The translations under genes and the position numbers were made by a program. This document shows positions 10,866 to 20,557 of a stretch of 37,425 nt of DNA, piece after piece. Within the stretch, counting starts at the first letter, position 1; each line of letters begins with the position of its first letter. Below the pieces are notes generated by a model. The model worked only from the letters and a program-made list of their open reading frames with translations, made no database searches and was not told the DNA's origin. Source of the stretch: Aduncisulcus paluster (lineage: Eukaryota); assembly GCA_024181965.1 (NCBI GenBank), contig BQXS01012457.1:1-37425 (forward strand), given 5' to 3'.

Positions 10866-13800
10866 TCACATGGCTACAAATTTGATCACCATAAAAAACA
10901 ATACAATTCCGATTGTCAACACTAATCCCCAACCAAGAATCATATCTTGTTTAGGATAAATTTGGGAGAAATGACAATCCTCTTCACTGTGCATTGTAAA
11001 TGTTTGGAGAGGAATCGGAATATCATACGCATCCCAAAGATGAGAAATATCGTTTGTGCTCATCTCTACATCACACCCATCATAATTCTGTTGGAAGGAT
11101 GAGCTTGAAGGTGTGTATGTTTCACAATCGTCAGAGCTTGGATAATTTATCACAATAACACCTAGAAGGTTGGTATCTGTAATAGAAACGATTGTAACAG
11201 TACTTTTATCTGCAGATTCATACCCAACACATGTTTCAGGCAGTGTACTTTGTAAATAAAGCATTGAACACGTGACACCATCGATTGTATAATCAACAGA
11301 AGATGTGAGACTGGATGTATCTGTAGTAAAATACTCATCGATCACTCCAGAGGAAATATTGAATGCACTTTTGCTCTTCAAAACACCCAGAGATTCCAAG
11401 AGGGTGAATATGGCAGGATTTGATTCCCCAATGAACACTTCTTCATTCATTGTAACAGCCATCTCTAAAGTGTCAATTTCGCTATCTCTCGAGGAAAATA
11501 ATAAGTTCCCATTAGTATTTAGCAAGAAGCATGTAACTGTGCTATCACTGCCACATAATCCTTCATATAGGAAAGATTTAATCGTTGGGAAATGAATGTT
11601 GAGTCCAGATACCATAGTTGGAGTCCCATTGACAACTTTAGCCTTGCTGATACTAAATTGAGATATGTTTGTATCTGGAGACGTGACAGGAAGAGAAACA
11701 AAGAGAGTGTTGTCGCCAGCCATGGCATTTGTTAGAGAATTACCATACCATGTGAATTCTTTTGGTTGTGGGACCTCTGAGAAAGAAGTTCCTGGGAATA
11801 GCGAGAGAACTCCCTCAGGAGTGGCTCTGAAAGATGATAAGACATATTTTTGAGTGGTCTCTTCGTCAACAGCTGTACTAACAACATGGTCATCAAATAT
11901 ACTTATCATCTTTGCTGCATCAATACACGCCTCTGTCACATAGGTTGAATCAGATTCCCCACTCAGCTCAGCAGTAATAGATTCGAAAAGAGAGGAAGAA
12001 TCAAGTGTGGACGAGGAGAAGTCTGATGTGAACAAGGTGGAATCTGTGAAACATTCTTCAGATAGATGGACAAAGGGAGTGGTCAAAGATGCCGTAACAC
12101 CAGTCAACAAGAAATGGTCTGTGATCGCTGCATAACCGATATCGGCTTGATAATCAGAGTTTGCAAGAGATATTTGACCCCAAACACTTGCATTATAGCA
12201 TAAAGAATCGTCAGAAATGTCAGAACATGAGCTTTCAGGTGGAGGAATGTGTATCTTATCAATGTCAAGTTGTTGAAGTGAAGTGACAACGATAAACTCC
12301 GTGTCAAGCTTCTGCCATCCATATGTGGTCTCCACTGGGGTTAATTCAGTGAAATCGGCTACCATATGTCTCAGAACAGGGACGGATAGTTCACCAGTAT
12401 TAACACTTCTGTTAACAACAGTGTATAGAACACTTGATGAGAAATCGCTTCCCCCAGTGGTTAAAGGATTATCGTCAACATAGTCAGAGTCAAACTGCTC
12501 AAGCAAGTCGAGATCAACACCCTCGTTAGTTAACCCAATGTTAACAAGTGCCGGGTGCAGCAATAATGTTTTCTGTCTGTCAAATAACATCGGGAAGGAA
12601 TAGTTACTGTCAATGCCAACCCCATCGGCATCTATCACGTGGTCTAACATCCACTGAAGTGAAATATCAATAAGAATTACACTATCAAAGCGATCATTGA
12701 TGAACACTGGAGAAGCAAGGGATACGATATTACTTTCTAAAATTGGATCTTTCTCAATACTTACAATTTCCCAAAGCATCTTATTGGCAACTTCTTCATT
12801 CGAACATACAGCTTCATCACCTTGGGCACAATCAAAGGGTCCAAACTGTCTAAATAATTCAAATGCTCTCATTGCTAATTTTTGTTCAAATATTCTTTCA
12901 ACGGGCTTAAGCAGTTCGCTATAATCTGTATAAACAAATCGTCCTTGAGTAGTCACCGAATCACTAGTATCATCGTCGTCAGATATATCACTGGCCATGT
13001 AAAGGTCATAGTAACCACTAAAATCTATTGAATCGATACTTCCATTGAGCCGACAACTAACTGAATGGAGAATATTCTCAGTTGCTCTCGAAGCCATGAC
13101 ATCACTTGATGATAAACCGTCACTGTTCAGCATCAGAGTATTATTAAGAATGTCGTCCGCCAGTGTCGATCTGAAGAATAACGTGGACACATGTGCATTG
13201 CTTACTTTCTCTCTGTCTGAAGTGAGATGGAGCTCCAAGTGGGCTGGAACAGCGGCACCGAGGGATACAGTGATGACATGAAGCGGAGAAGAAGAGGGGA
13301 GAGGACGAAGCGGAGTGAGAGAAGCCTGGGAGGAAGAGAAACCAACTGGACTAGCCACACGTTCAGAAAGAACCGTTTCCAGTGACACGGAAGGATCCAG
13401 AGCACCTCGGAGCAGGACATAAGCCTTTGAAAGAGCCACGACAAGCGGGGCATCAGCGGACAGAGCTGAAGAAGAGAAAGGCGAGAGGTGATCCCGAGCC
13501 ATAAGCTCTTCCCCAGACAAATTATCGAAATAATCTGTCACTTCGTCCATTAGAAGATTGACTGCAGCGGATGTCATACTGACAAGACCACCTTCAAGCT
13601 CGTCATCACATCCACGTTTATCACCTCCATTGGAAGTAGCTGTGAACTCAAGCCGAGCATCAAAAGCTTCGTCTGTTGATAAGATAGCCACGTAATCTGT
13701 AGAAGTCAAATGCGATAGAATAATGTTGACTGTATCACTCATTTGAGCAATTGCAGCAGCTGCCACATCCTCATCGGCAAGGGCTATATCAATTACTGGA

Positions 13801-14663
13801 TCTGTCTCAATATCTATAATTAGAACAATTCCTCGTCTTATGCCCATATTTCTTCCCACATCATATGTAATACTGGACCTTGGGTCAAGAGTGGAGCGAG
13901 AGAGAAGAGAAGAAGAAGAGATAGGATGGAAGAAATTAACTCCAGGAAATAGAGTCACAGCTCCATCTGTAAACACCCTTCGAATCCAAAGAAGCGGAGA
14001 TACGGCCGTGTCAACATTGCCATCCTGGTCGACGACATATTCCATGTTACAATCATAAGAACCACGATCACAGAAGTAAACGTTCCGAAAGGCATCGATC
14101 ATTGTTTGAGACACCTGTTTATCCTCATTACACGTTTCACTGGTGAAGTACGGGCACCATAGCGTTGGTGTTTCGAAGGTTAATGGTAAAGTCTCATCCT
14201 CATCATCTTCATTGACATATTGATACTTCTTGAGTAAGTCAGCCTCATCAGTCGAAGTGCTAATGAGATCATCATCTAAAGATTGGGATGCAAGAGGCAA
14301 AGTAATTGAAGCTTCCTCTTGAAGGGCTTGAGTAAACTCTTTTGAGAACTCAGCAATATTTTGGAATATACTATTAAACATTGAATCAATCGTTTCCGAT
14401 ACATCATCAGTAAATTGATTTCCATAACTTGAACTTGAACTAACAGATTGTAACAGCTCAGAAAAAATCTCTGTGTTCGAAGAAGGATAAAATAGATCAT
14501 AAAATTCACTCCACATGTTAACAAGCTCAGCATAATTCTGCAATGTGAGATAAGTTGACGAATCTTCATCAAGACATTGAGTTGGAGCGACACAGAAGAA
14601 AAAGCATACAATAGGGATAAAAATCAGGAAAAACTGAGATATACAAGTTTCTTTCATGGCCAT
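10866..14663 (-). CDS. Alpha2delta/CACHD1-like VWA + Cache domain type I membrane protein, 1265 aa
   Basis: N-terminal hydrophobic signal (FFLIFIPIVCFFFCVAPTQC). DGAVTLFPG...LDPRSSITY resembles the alpha2delta G....YP...YDPR.RPWY motif and is followed by a VWA strand IVLIIDIETD...ILSHLTSTDYVAIL. Cache-like segments include SLASPVF...VILIDISL, YSFPMLFDRQKTLLLHP, EGVLSLFPG...FTWY and CFLLNTNGNLLFS. C-terminal TM is ILGWGLVLTIGIVLFFMVI. Confidence 0.8.
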   Translation of the reverse strand: MAMKETCISQFFLIFIPIVCFFFCVAPTQCLDEDSSTYLTLQNYAELVNMWSEFYDLFYPSSNTEIFSELLQSVSSSSSYGNQFTDDVSETIDSMFNSIFQNIAEFSKEFTQALQEEASITLPLASQSLDDDLISTSTDEADLLKKYQYVNEDDEDETLPLTFETPTLWCPYFTSETCNEDKQVSQTMIDAFRNVYFCDRGSYDCNMEYVVDQDGNVDTAVSPLLWIRRVFTDGAVTLFPGVNFFHPISSSSLLSRSTLDPRSSITYDVGRNMGIRRGIVLIIDIETDPVIDIALADEDVAAAAIAQMSDTVNIILSHLTSTDYVAILSTDEAFDARLEFTATSNGGDKRGCDDELEGGLVSMTSAAVNLLMDEVTDYFDNLSGEELMARDHLSPFSSSALSADAPLVVALSKAYVLLRGALDPSVSLETVLSERVASPVGFSSSQASLTPLRPLPSSSPLHVITVSLGAAVPAHLELHLTSDREKVSNAHVSTLFFRSTLADDILNNTLMLNSDGLSSSDVMASRATENILHSVSCRLNGSIDSIDFSGYYDLYMASDISDDDDTSDSVTTQGRFVYTDYSELLKPVERIFEQKLAMRAFELFRQFGPFDCAQGDEAVCSNEEVANKMLWEIVSIEKDPILESNIVSLASPVFINDRFDSVILIDISLQWMLDHVIDADGVGIDSNYSFPMLFDRQKTLLLHPALVNIGLTNEGVDLDLLEQFDSDYVDDNPLTTGGSDFSSSVLYTVVNRSVNTGELSVPVLRHMVADFTELTPVETTYGWQKLDTEFIVVTSLQQLDIDKIHIPPPESSCSDISDDSLCYNASVWGQISLANSDYQADIGYAAITDHFLLTGVTASLTTPFVHLSEECFTDSTLFTSDFSSSTLDSSSLFESITAELSGESDSTYVTEACIDAAKMISIFDDHVVSTAVDEETTQKYVLSSFRATPEGVLSLFPGTSFSEVPQPKEFTWYGNSLTNAMAGDNTLFVSLPVTSPDTNISQFSISKAKVVNGTPTMVSGLNIHFPTIKSFLYEGLCGSDSTVTCFLLNTNGNLLFSSRDSEIDTLEMAVTMNEEVFIGESNPAIFTLLESLGVLKSKSAFNISSGVIDEYFTTDTSSLTSSVDYTIDGVTCSMLYLQSTLPETCVGYESADKSTVTIVSITDTNLLGVIVINYPSSDDCETYTPSSSSFQQNYDGCDVEMSTNDISHLWDAYDIPIPLQTFTMHSEEDCHFSQIYPKQDMILGWGLVLTIGIVLFFMVIKFVAM

Positions 14664-15438
14664 TTAGAAAAATAATTGAATTGAACGAGAAATAAATGGA
14701 AAAATGACAAGAAAACACCTAGCAGGGACCGCCCCCCCCGGGTGTATCACGGACAGGGGAGCGTTCTAATCACAGAATAAAACTGTTGAAGGAGCCAAAT
14801 TTGCCAAATGGAATTGATTCCATTATTTTTCACCAGAACAATAGGAATTTACCTTGATAGGGAAAGATTATCCAAATTTGTGCAAACTCACCAGAAATTG
14901 ATAATCAGTGGAATCAATCGTTTCCGATACATCATCAGTAAATTGATTTCCATAACTTGAACTTGAACTAACAGATTGTAACAGCTCAGAAAAAATCTCT
15001 GTGTTCGAAGAAGGATAAAATAGATCATAAAATTCACTCCACATGTTAACAAGCTCAGCATAATTCTGCAATGTGAGATAAGTTGACGAATCTTCATCAA
15101 GACATTGAGTTGGAGCGACACAGAAGAAAAAGCATACAATAGGGATAAAAATCAGGAAAAACTGAGATATACAAGTTTCTTTCATGGCCATTTAGAAAAA
15201 TAATTGAATTGAACGAGAAATAAATGGAAAAATGACAAGAAAACACCTAGCAGGGACCGCCCCCCCCGGGTGTATCACGGACAGGGGAGCGTTCTAATCA
15301 CAGAATAAAACTGTTGAAGGAGCCAAATTTGCCAAATGGAATTGATTCCATTATTTTTCACCAGAACAATAGGAATTTACCTTGATAGGGAAAGATTATC
15401 CAAATTTGTGCAAACTCACCAGAAATTGATAATCAGTG
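14383..15438. repeat. Head-to-tail 528-bp tandem duplication (14383-14910 / 14911-15438) covering the 5' end and upstream region of the VWA-Cache gene
   Basis: I saw no differences between the two copies. The second copy generates the truncated ORF 14868..15191. Confidence 0.92.
14868..15191 (-). pseudogene. Truncated duplicate of the first ~93 codons of the VWA-Cache gene (a real fragment or an assembly artefact)
   Basis: Identical N-terminus up to ETIDS, then it reads into upstream non-coding DNA and stops. Confidence 0.55.
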
Positions 15439-15520
15439 ACAAATAATGTATGTTGATCCAATATTTTATAATTCTTTTCACTAATATTTTTCTAATATTC
15501 TTTTTTTATAAGTAATTTCG

Positions 15521-15733
15521 ATGGATAGTTCGGATGGGACATTTCGGCATACAACCCGTGAAGATTTTAAGGAACTTTTCGAATCAATAGACTCATTTGT
15601 ACCCGTAACTGATGAAAAGATATCTCCTGAGGATAAAGTTCCAGTGACTGAGTCAGATGAATATTTTGCTCGTTGGAAGGATAGAGCTCGTGAAACACTT
15701 ATTAATATAGAATTCATGAAAGCAACAAAGTGA
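15521..15733 (+). CDS. Small acidic 70-aa protein, weakly Apc13/Swm1-like
   Basis: ATG-to-TGA ORF with coding-like composition between very AT-rich flanks. The pattern MDS...ELFE...ISPED..P...RWKD....L resembles Apc13 from memory only. Confidence 0.55.
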   Translation: MDSSDGTFRHTTREDFKELFESIDSFVPVTDEKISPEDKVPVTESDEYFARWKDRARETLINIEFMKATK

Positions 15734-15849
15734 TCTTTTTTAATTCTATGATGGTTCTTAATTTTTGAAGATAATATTATTGATAAATTTCAAGTTTGAT
15801 GAAGTCTTCATAAACTGAGTTTATCGAATTGAATTCGTCAGATAAATTG

Positions 15850-16445
15850 ATTGACTTCCGATAATTTATTTTTATTTTTCAATTATGGATACTCCCCAAA
15901 AGAAAGACAGCCACATTCCATGATAAATACAAATTGCCAATTTGAATCAGTGATTCTGAGATAAAAGGTGCTTTCAACTTTGAAAATAAAGATTTTCATT
16001 TTTTTGGGTGCAAAGATGAAGCCATTGAAAATGCTGCAGCAATATTACAATCCTGAGCAAATCGTCTTCTCCCCCACTCAACAACTCCTTTTGCATATTG
16101 AGCTGTTCCAAGAGCTTGCGCAAGACCTACACCAATANNNNNNNNNNNNNNNNNNNNATTGACTTCCGATAATTTATTTTTATTTTTCAATTATGGATAC
16201 TCCCCAAAAGAAAGACAGCCACATTCCATGATAAATACAAATTGCCAAGTTGAATCAGTGATTCTGAGATAAAAGGTGCTTTCAACTTTGAAAATAAAGA
16301 TTTTCATTTTTTTGGGTGCAAAGATGAAGCCATTGAAAATGCTGCAGCAATATTACAATCCTGAGCAAATCGTCTTCTCCCCCACTCAACAACTCCTTTT
16401 GCATATTGAGCTGTTCCAAGAGCTTGCGCAAGACCTACACCAATA
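15850..16445. repeat. Duplicated flanks of the 20-N gap 16138-16157 (offset 308); probable contig overlap
   Basis: 15850-16137 is repeated nearly identically starting at 16158. Confidence 0.85.
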
Positions 16446-16717
16446 TCACGGCCTCCAACTCGACCAATTATTTCAATTCCAGATGAAGGATGCAACGCCT
16501 GTTGAAGAGGCTCGGATACAGCTTCTTCCGCAGCGGCAGCTCGATGTTCCACAAGAAGGGAACTGCGGAGACGAATTCGAAGTCTTTGTATTGCTTTTGC
16601 AGCTCTAGCATCAACATCCATTGCAAGATCATGTGCAGTTGTTGCTGCTTTCCTCTCTGCACGAGCAGCTTGTAATTCAAGTTTAGCTATTTTGGTAGAA
16701 GGTGGATTCGATTTCAT
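16304..16717 (-). CDS. Hypothetical 137-aa Ala-rich helical protein
   Basis: ATG at 16717 follows an AT-rich spacer, GC is raised relative to the flanks, and the gene is divergently oriented from the gene at 16953. No family recognised. Confidence 0.65.
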   Translation of the reverse strand: MKSNPPSTKIAKLELQAARAERKAATTAHDLAMDVDARAAKAIQRLRIRLRSSLLVEHRAAAAEEAVSEPLQQALHPSSGIEIIGRVGGRDIGVGLAQALGTAQYAKGVVEWGRRRFAQDCNIAAAFSMASSLHPKK

Positions 16718-16952
16718 ATTGGAACTTTAATATTTCTTATTATCAAAATGAGCTTTGTATGGAAAAAATTATGAACAAAAAACTACTGTGATATATTGAA
16801 TTAATGGCGAAAAATACCATTTTTAAATATCTTTTTGAATTTGCATAAAACTCCACGAAAAAATTATTAGAAAGAATTAAAATTAAGTAAACGCATAAGT
16901 TTTCTGGATAATTTTTATTTTAACTTATAATTTACACTTTCGATGCAAAGCC

Positions 16953-19900
16953 ATGTCATTTCGACTCAAATCGACTTCGAAGATGATGTCCTCCAGAATT
17001 TCTCGAGGAGTTTCTAAAGCCAGTCCACCAAAATCTAGGCCTGGTGCACGTTCTATACATACACAGAAGCGAATTGTATCAACCCCTCCATTCCTAAATT
17101 CTCCCGTTAATTCTCGGTCTTCGTCCGTTGGAAGATCGTTTTTACCCTCTCCAGCCCCTTCTCCCTTCACTGATAGGCCCCAAAGACAACGCCGCGGTAG
17201 ACCTTCTTCCCAGAGGCCCAGACAAGCTAAAACTCCTGTTAAATCTCCATATTTTGGAACTAAACCCTTTGAGCACTCCTTGGTGCAGTCTCATGGCTCA
17301 TTTAAACGTTCTGTCAGTAGTAGTGCCGCTTCCACTCGTTCTGCCTTATCTTCATTGATAGCTTCCCGTACGAAAGGTTTTGACAGAGCTCCAATGCTCT
17401 CCCGTGATGATAAAGTGTGTGGATGGGAAGCTGTTAGGGCTGAATTATGGAAAGCATGTGATGGAGACATTGAAAAGGTTAAAACTGTATTTTTGACAGC
17501 TGTTGTCGATAATGCACAAGCTGAAAAGAATGCGAAGACAGCCCATATGGCTAACACACTCCGCCAACCTGGAGGCACTCAGTTGATTGGTGGAACTGTT
17601 GGAGATCTCATTTCTTCTTCCACCATCCGTGATCAAGGAATTGTAAGTCAAAGAAAGTCAACAATTGTTCCACAGGTTGGTCGTGAGAGTGCTGCTTGCG
17701 TTGTTCAGACTCCTCTTAAGGTTGAAAAGAAAAAAAATCCAACTCTTGTTGCTTCTTCAACTTCTTCAACTTCTTCAGCTTCAGAAGGAGGTTCACAGGT
17801 CCAATTCTTGCCATCCGATGGATTTATTAGTCGCGGAGAGCTTGTCCATTGCCTTCATAAGTTGAATGCTCTTGTTCCAACTCATGCTCTTCGCCATGCT
17901 GTTCGTCACACGGAAAGAGATTCAAAGGGATGTGTCAGGGTTAAAGACTTTCTCAATAAGCTCGATTTAGAATCATATGCTCGTGGTAAGGTCTCCGATA
18001 TGATTATTCGTAAAGAAAGGGCGATTGCTGGAAAGAGTCAAGATATTGCCAAATGTTCAAAGCTCCCTGCTTCTGATGATGTTATGGAAGAGATTGAATC
18101 CTATAAAATCCATGGAAATGTAGATATCCCACCAATTTCCACTACTCTGTTGTCAAAAGGAGCAGAAGATGCTGTTCGACAACATGATACCGGAGACCAG
18201 TCTTCTCCTTCCGCCAGAAGGAAACAACGGCAGAAAGATCACAATAGTCACATTACATGGAGTGTTTCTTCTTCCGAAAGTCGTGAACAAGCTCTATCCT
18301 TGCTGAAAAACTACCTTCCTGAAGGTCTTGGATGTGTTGGAAGCGATGGGGCCAAAGAAGCTTGGGTATCTCTAAAGAAAAACGCTGAATCTACGACAAA
18401 GGGAGTTGTAGGTACCTCTACGTTGCGTTCTAGCGATGAGGTCACCGTTGGAGATCTTCGAAAGGTTTTGATGGACGTTGCATCATCACATTCAAATGGA
18501 GCTTCAAGCGAAGTCTGCAATAATATTGTCAACGAGGCGTTGACTCAGGTCATGAAAAGAGAATCGTATGACAATGAAGATCCTGTCGCATTTAAGCAAT
18601 TCGCATCTATGTTCTTTGCTAAACCTCCAAGAAGAGCATCAGTACTATCTTTGAACCAACACAAGAGCTTTAAGAGCACTATTGCTGATGTGTTCNNNNN
18701 NNNNNNNNNNNNNNNATCTTCGAAAGGTTTTGATGGACGTTGCATCATCACATTCAAATGGAGCTTCAAGCGAAGTCTGAAATAATATTGTCAACGAGGC
18801 GTTGACTCAGGTCATGAAAAGAGAATCGTATGACAATGAAGATCCTGTCGCATTTAAGCAATTCGCATCTATGTTCTTTGCTAAACCTCCAAGAAGAGCA
18901 TCAGTACTATCTTTGAACCAACACAAGAGCTTTAAGAGCACTATTGCTGATGTGTTCCAGCCCGGTGAAGAGGAGGAAGAGGCAGAAGAGAAGAGAGGAG
19001 AAGCAGAAGAGAAGAGAGGAGAAGTGAGAGCTGCAGGTGAGAGGAAATTGCAACCTGAAGGAGCTGGGGCAGTCATTCAGGATGCTTCCAAACCTTCAAA
19101 GGATGATGTGAGGTTAAAATTGCTCATAAGATCAATTAAAACTGCTTCTCTTGCTCCCGCGAGTGTATCCCAAGCCTTTGTAACCTACGATATAGGTCAT
19201 ACTGGTAAAATCCCCCAATCTCTTGTTAGACGCGTGTTTGATTCTCTTGGAGTCCGTGTGGGTGCAAGCTCCATTCGTAAGTTTTGTGAATTGGGCAAGA
19301 GTGAATCCGATCCATTATATGTTAATTATGTAGATGCTCTTGAGAGTTGTATTGGAGGTGGAATATCTGACAATGTTCATGAACAACTTGCCATTCATAA
19401 ACATCTTGATCTCTCTTCCCCAACTGGAGTATCAAACGCTGAGAGGAAGAAGCGAGGTCACGTCAGCCAATCTTCCATTGTCCTTGGATATGATTATAAT
19501 AACATTCATACCCCCAAGAAACCAGCTTCTCCCGTGTTACCAAGAAGAGGATCTCATTCGTCTCACGTCAGTGAAAGTCTTGGTGTACAAGGGATGATCA
19601 ATGGACAGAAAGATCTTTGGAAGGAGGATTCAAAGGTACAAGAAAGAAAACAACGTGAAAGTACAATGTGTAGGAAAGAAAAGGAAGAGGATAGGAAAAA
19701 GGAAAGATCATCTCGGAGAACAAAAGTATACGCTCCAACTTCTTCCTCTTCTTCCTCTTCTTCCTCTTCTTCCTCTTCCAAAACTCCTTCTCGTTATCAC
19801 CATTCCAGTAGTAACAGTGCTCAGAATGCCATTGCAGGAGCGGTACCATCACGTGAACAACAGCGTTTAGAAGGGCAGCGTCATGCCCTTGAAAGTCGCC

Positions 19901-20313
19901 AACATCGTAGAGGTTTGTCAATGGGTCATATTGCTGTACATAAGGGTGTTATTAGTGCTGATGATGCTACCCTTGCCAAAGAAAAAGAGGAGATTAGACG
20001 TAGATGTAGCCGTGTCAGTCATACCACTTATGTTGGAGAGGCTGGGACTGCTCGGAGAGGAACGAGTGCTCAGAGAACCATGTCAGGGCTCAGTGCTGAT
20101 GACATGAAACTTGAGCATTCCACACAACTTGAGAGGTCAAAGAGTGCTCGCTTAAGACAAAGAAAGTACGAACAATCGTCCTTGGAAGATGTGATGGATG
20201 GGAAACCCGCAACTGAGCTTGAAATGAGAACATTCACAACTCGTGATGGCCGTACACAGGTATTCAGACCAAAAAGTGCGAGAAATATCTTTGAAACATC
20301 GATCGTATGGTGA
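16953..20313 (+). CDS. Ser/Arg-rich protein with degenerate EF-hand-like pairs, ~1032 aa after collapsing the gap overlap; a single gene that the ORF track splits in two
   Basis: 18454-18695 is repeated at 18716-18957 across the N gap (offset 262), and removing it gives 3099 nt in one frame. EF-hand-like segments are DGFISRGELVHCLHKL, ERDSKGCVRVKDFLNKL, FVTYDIGHTGKIPQSLVRRVFDSLG and VNYVDALE. Confidence 0.8.
18979..19023 (+). repeat. 21-nt coding tandem repeat (EAEEKRG x2)
   Basis: GA(G/A)GCAGAAGAGAAGAGAGGA occurs twice in tandem. Confidence 0.8.
19740..19779 (+). repeat. (TCT/TCC)n poly-Ser microsatellite
   Basis: TCTTCCTCT runs encoding a Ser tract. Similar tracts lie at 22242-22281 (+) and 34178-34240 (-). 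Confidence 0.9.
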
Positions 20314-20557
20314 TTGTTGATGTTCATTGGACAACGTGATTTTGGAATTCTGATAAACTTTACCTTCAAGGTAATAGGTAACTTATTTGTTATGTGTACA
20401 ATTAAGTTGTATTTATCAACCATTTATAAAGTGTTTTTTGAATAAACTAAAGTATTATTATGAAATTTGGGAAGCAATAATAATTTTATTCGTTGTTGTA
20501 TTGCAAAAAATTCAAAAATCCGAGTTTGGCTGAAATATTAATGAAATAGATTTTATT

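Noticed and set aside
14845-14890. ATTTACCTTG ... AATTTGTG resembling the U1 snRNA 5' end and Sm site
   Set aside because: The two motifs are only ~20 nt apart, with no room for the U1 stem-loops, and the 5' motif deviates from ACTTACCTG.
16276-16608. 110-aa plus-strand ORF, with its copy at 15968..16162
   Set aside because: It is antisense to the better-supported 137-aa ORF, has a non-ATG start in the track, and the copy is a gap artefact.
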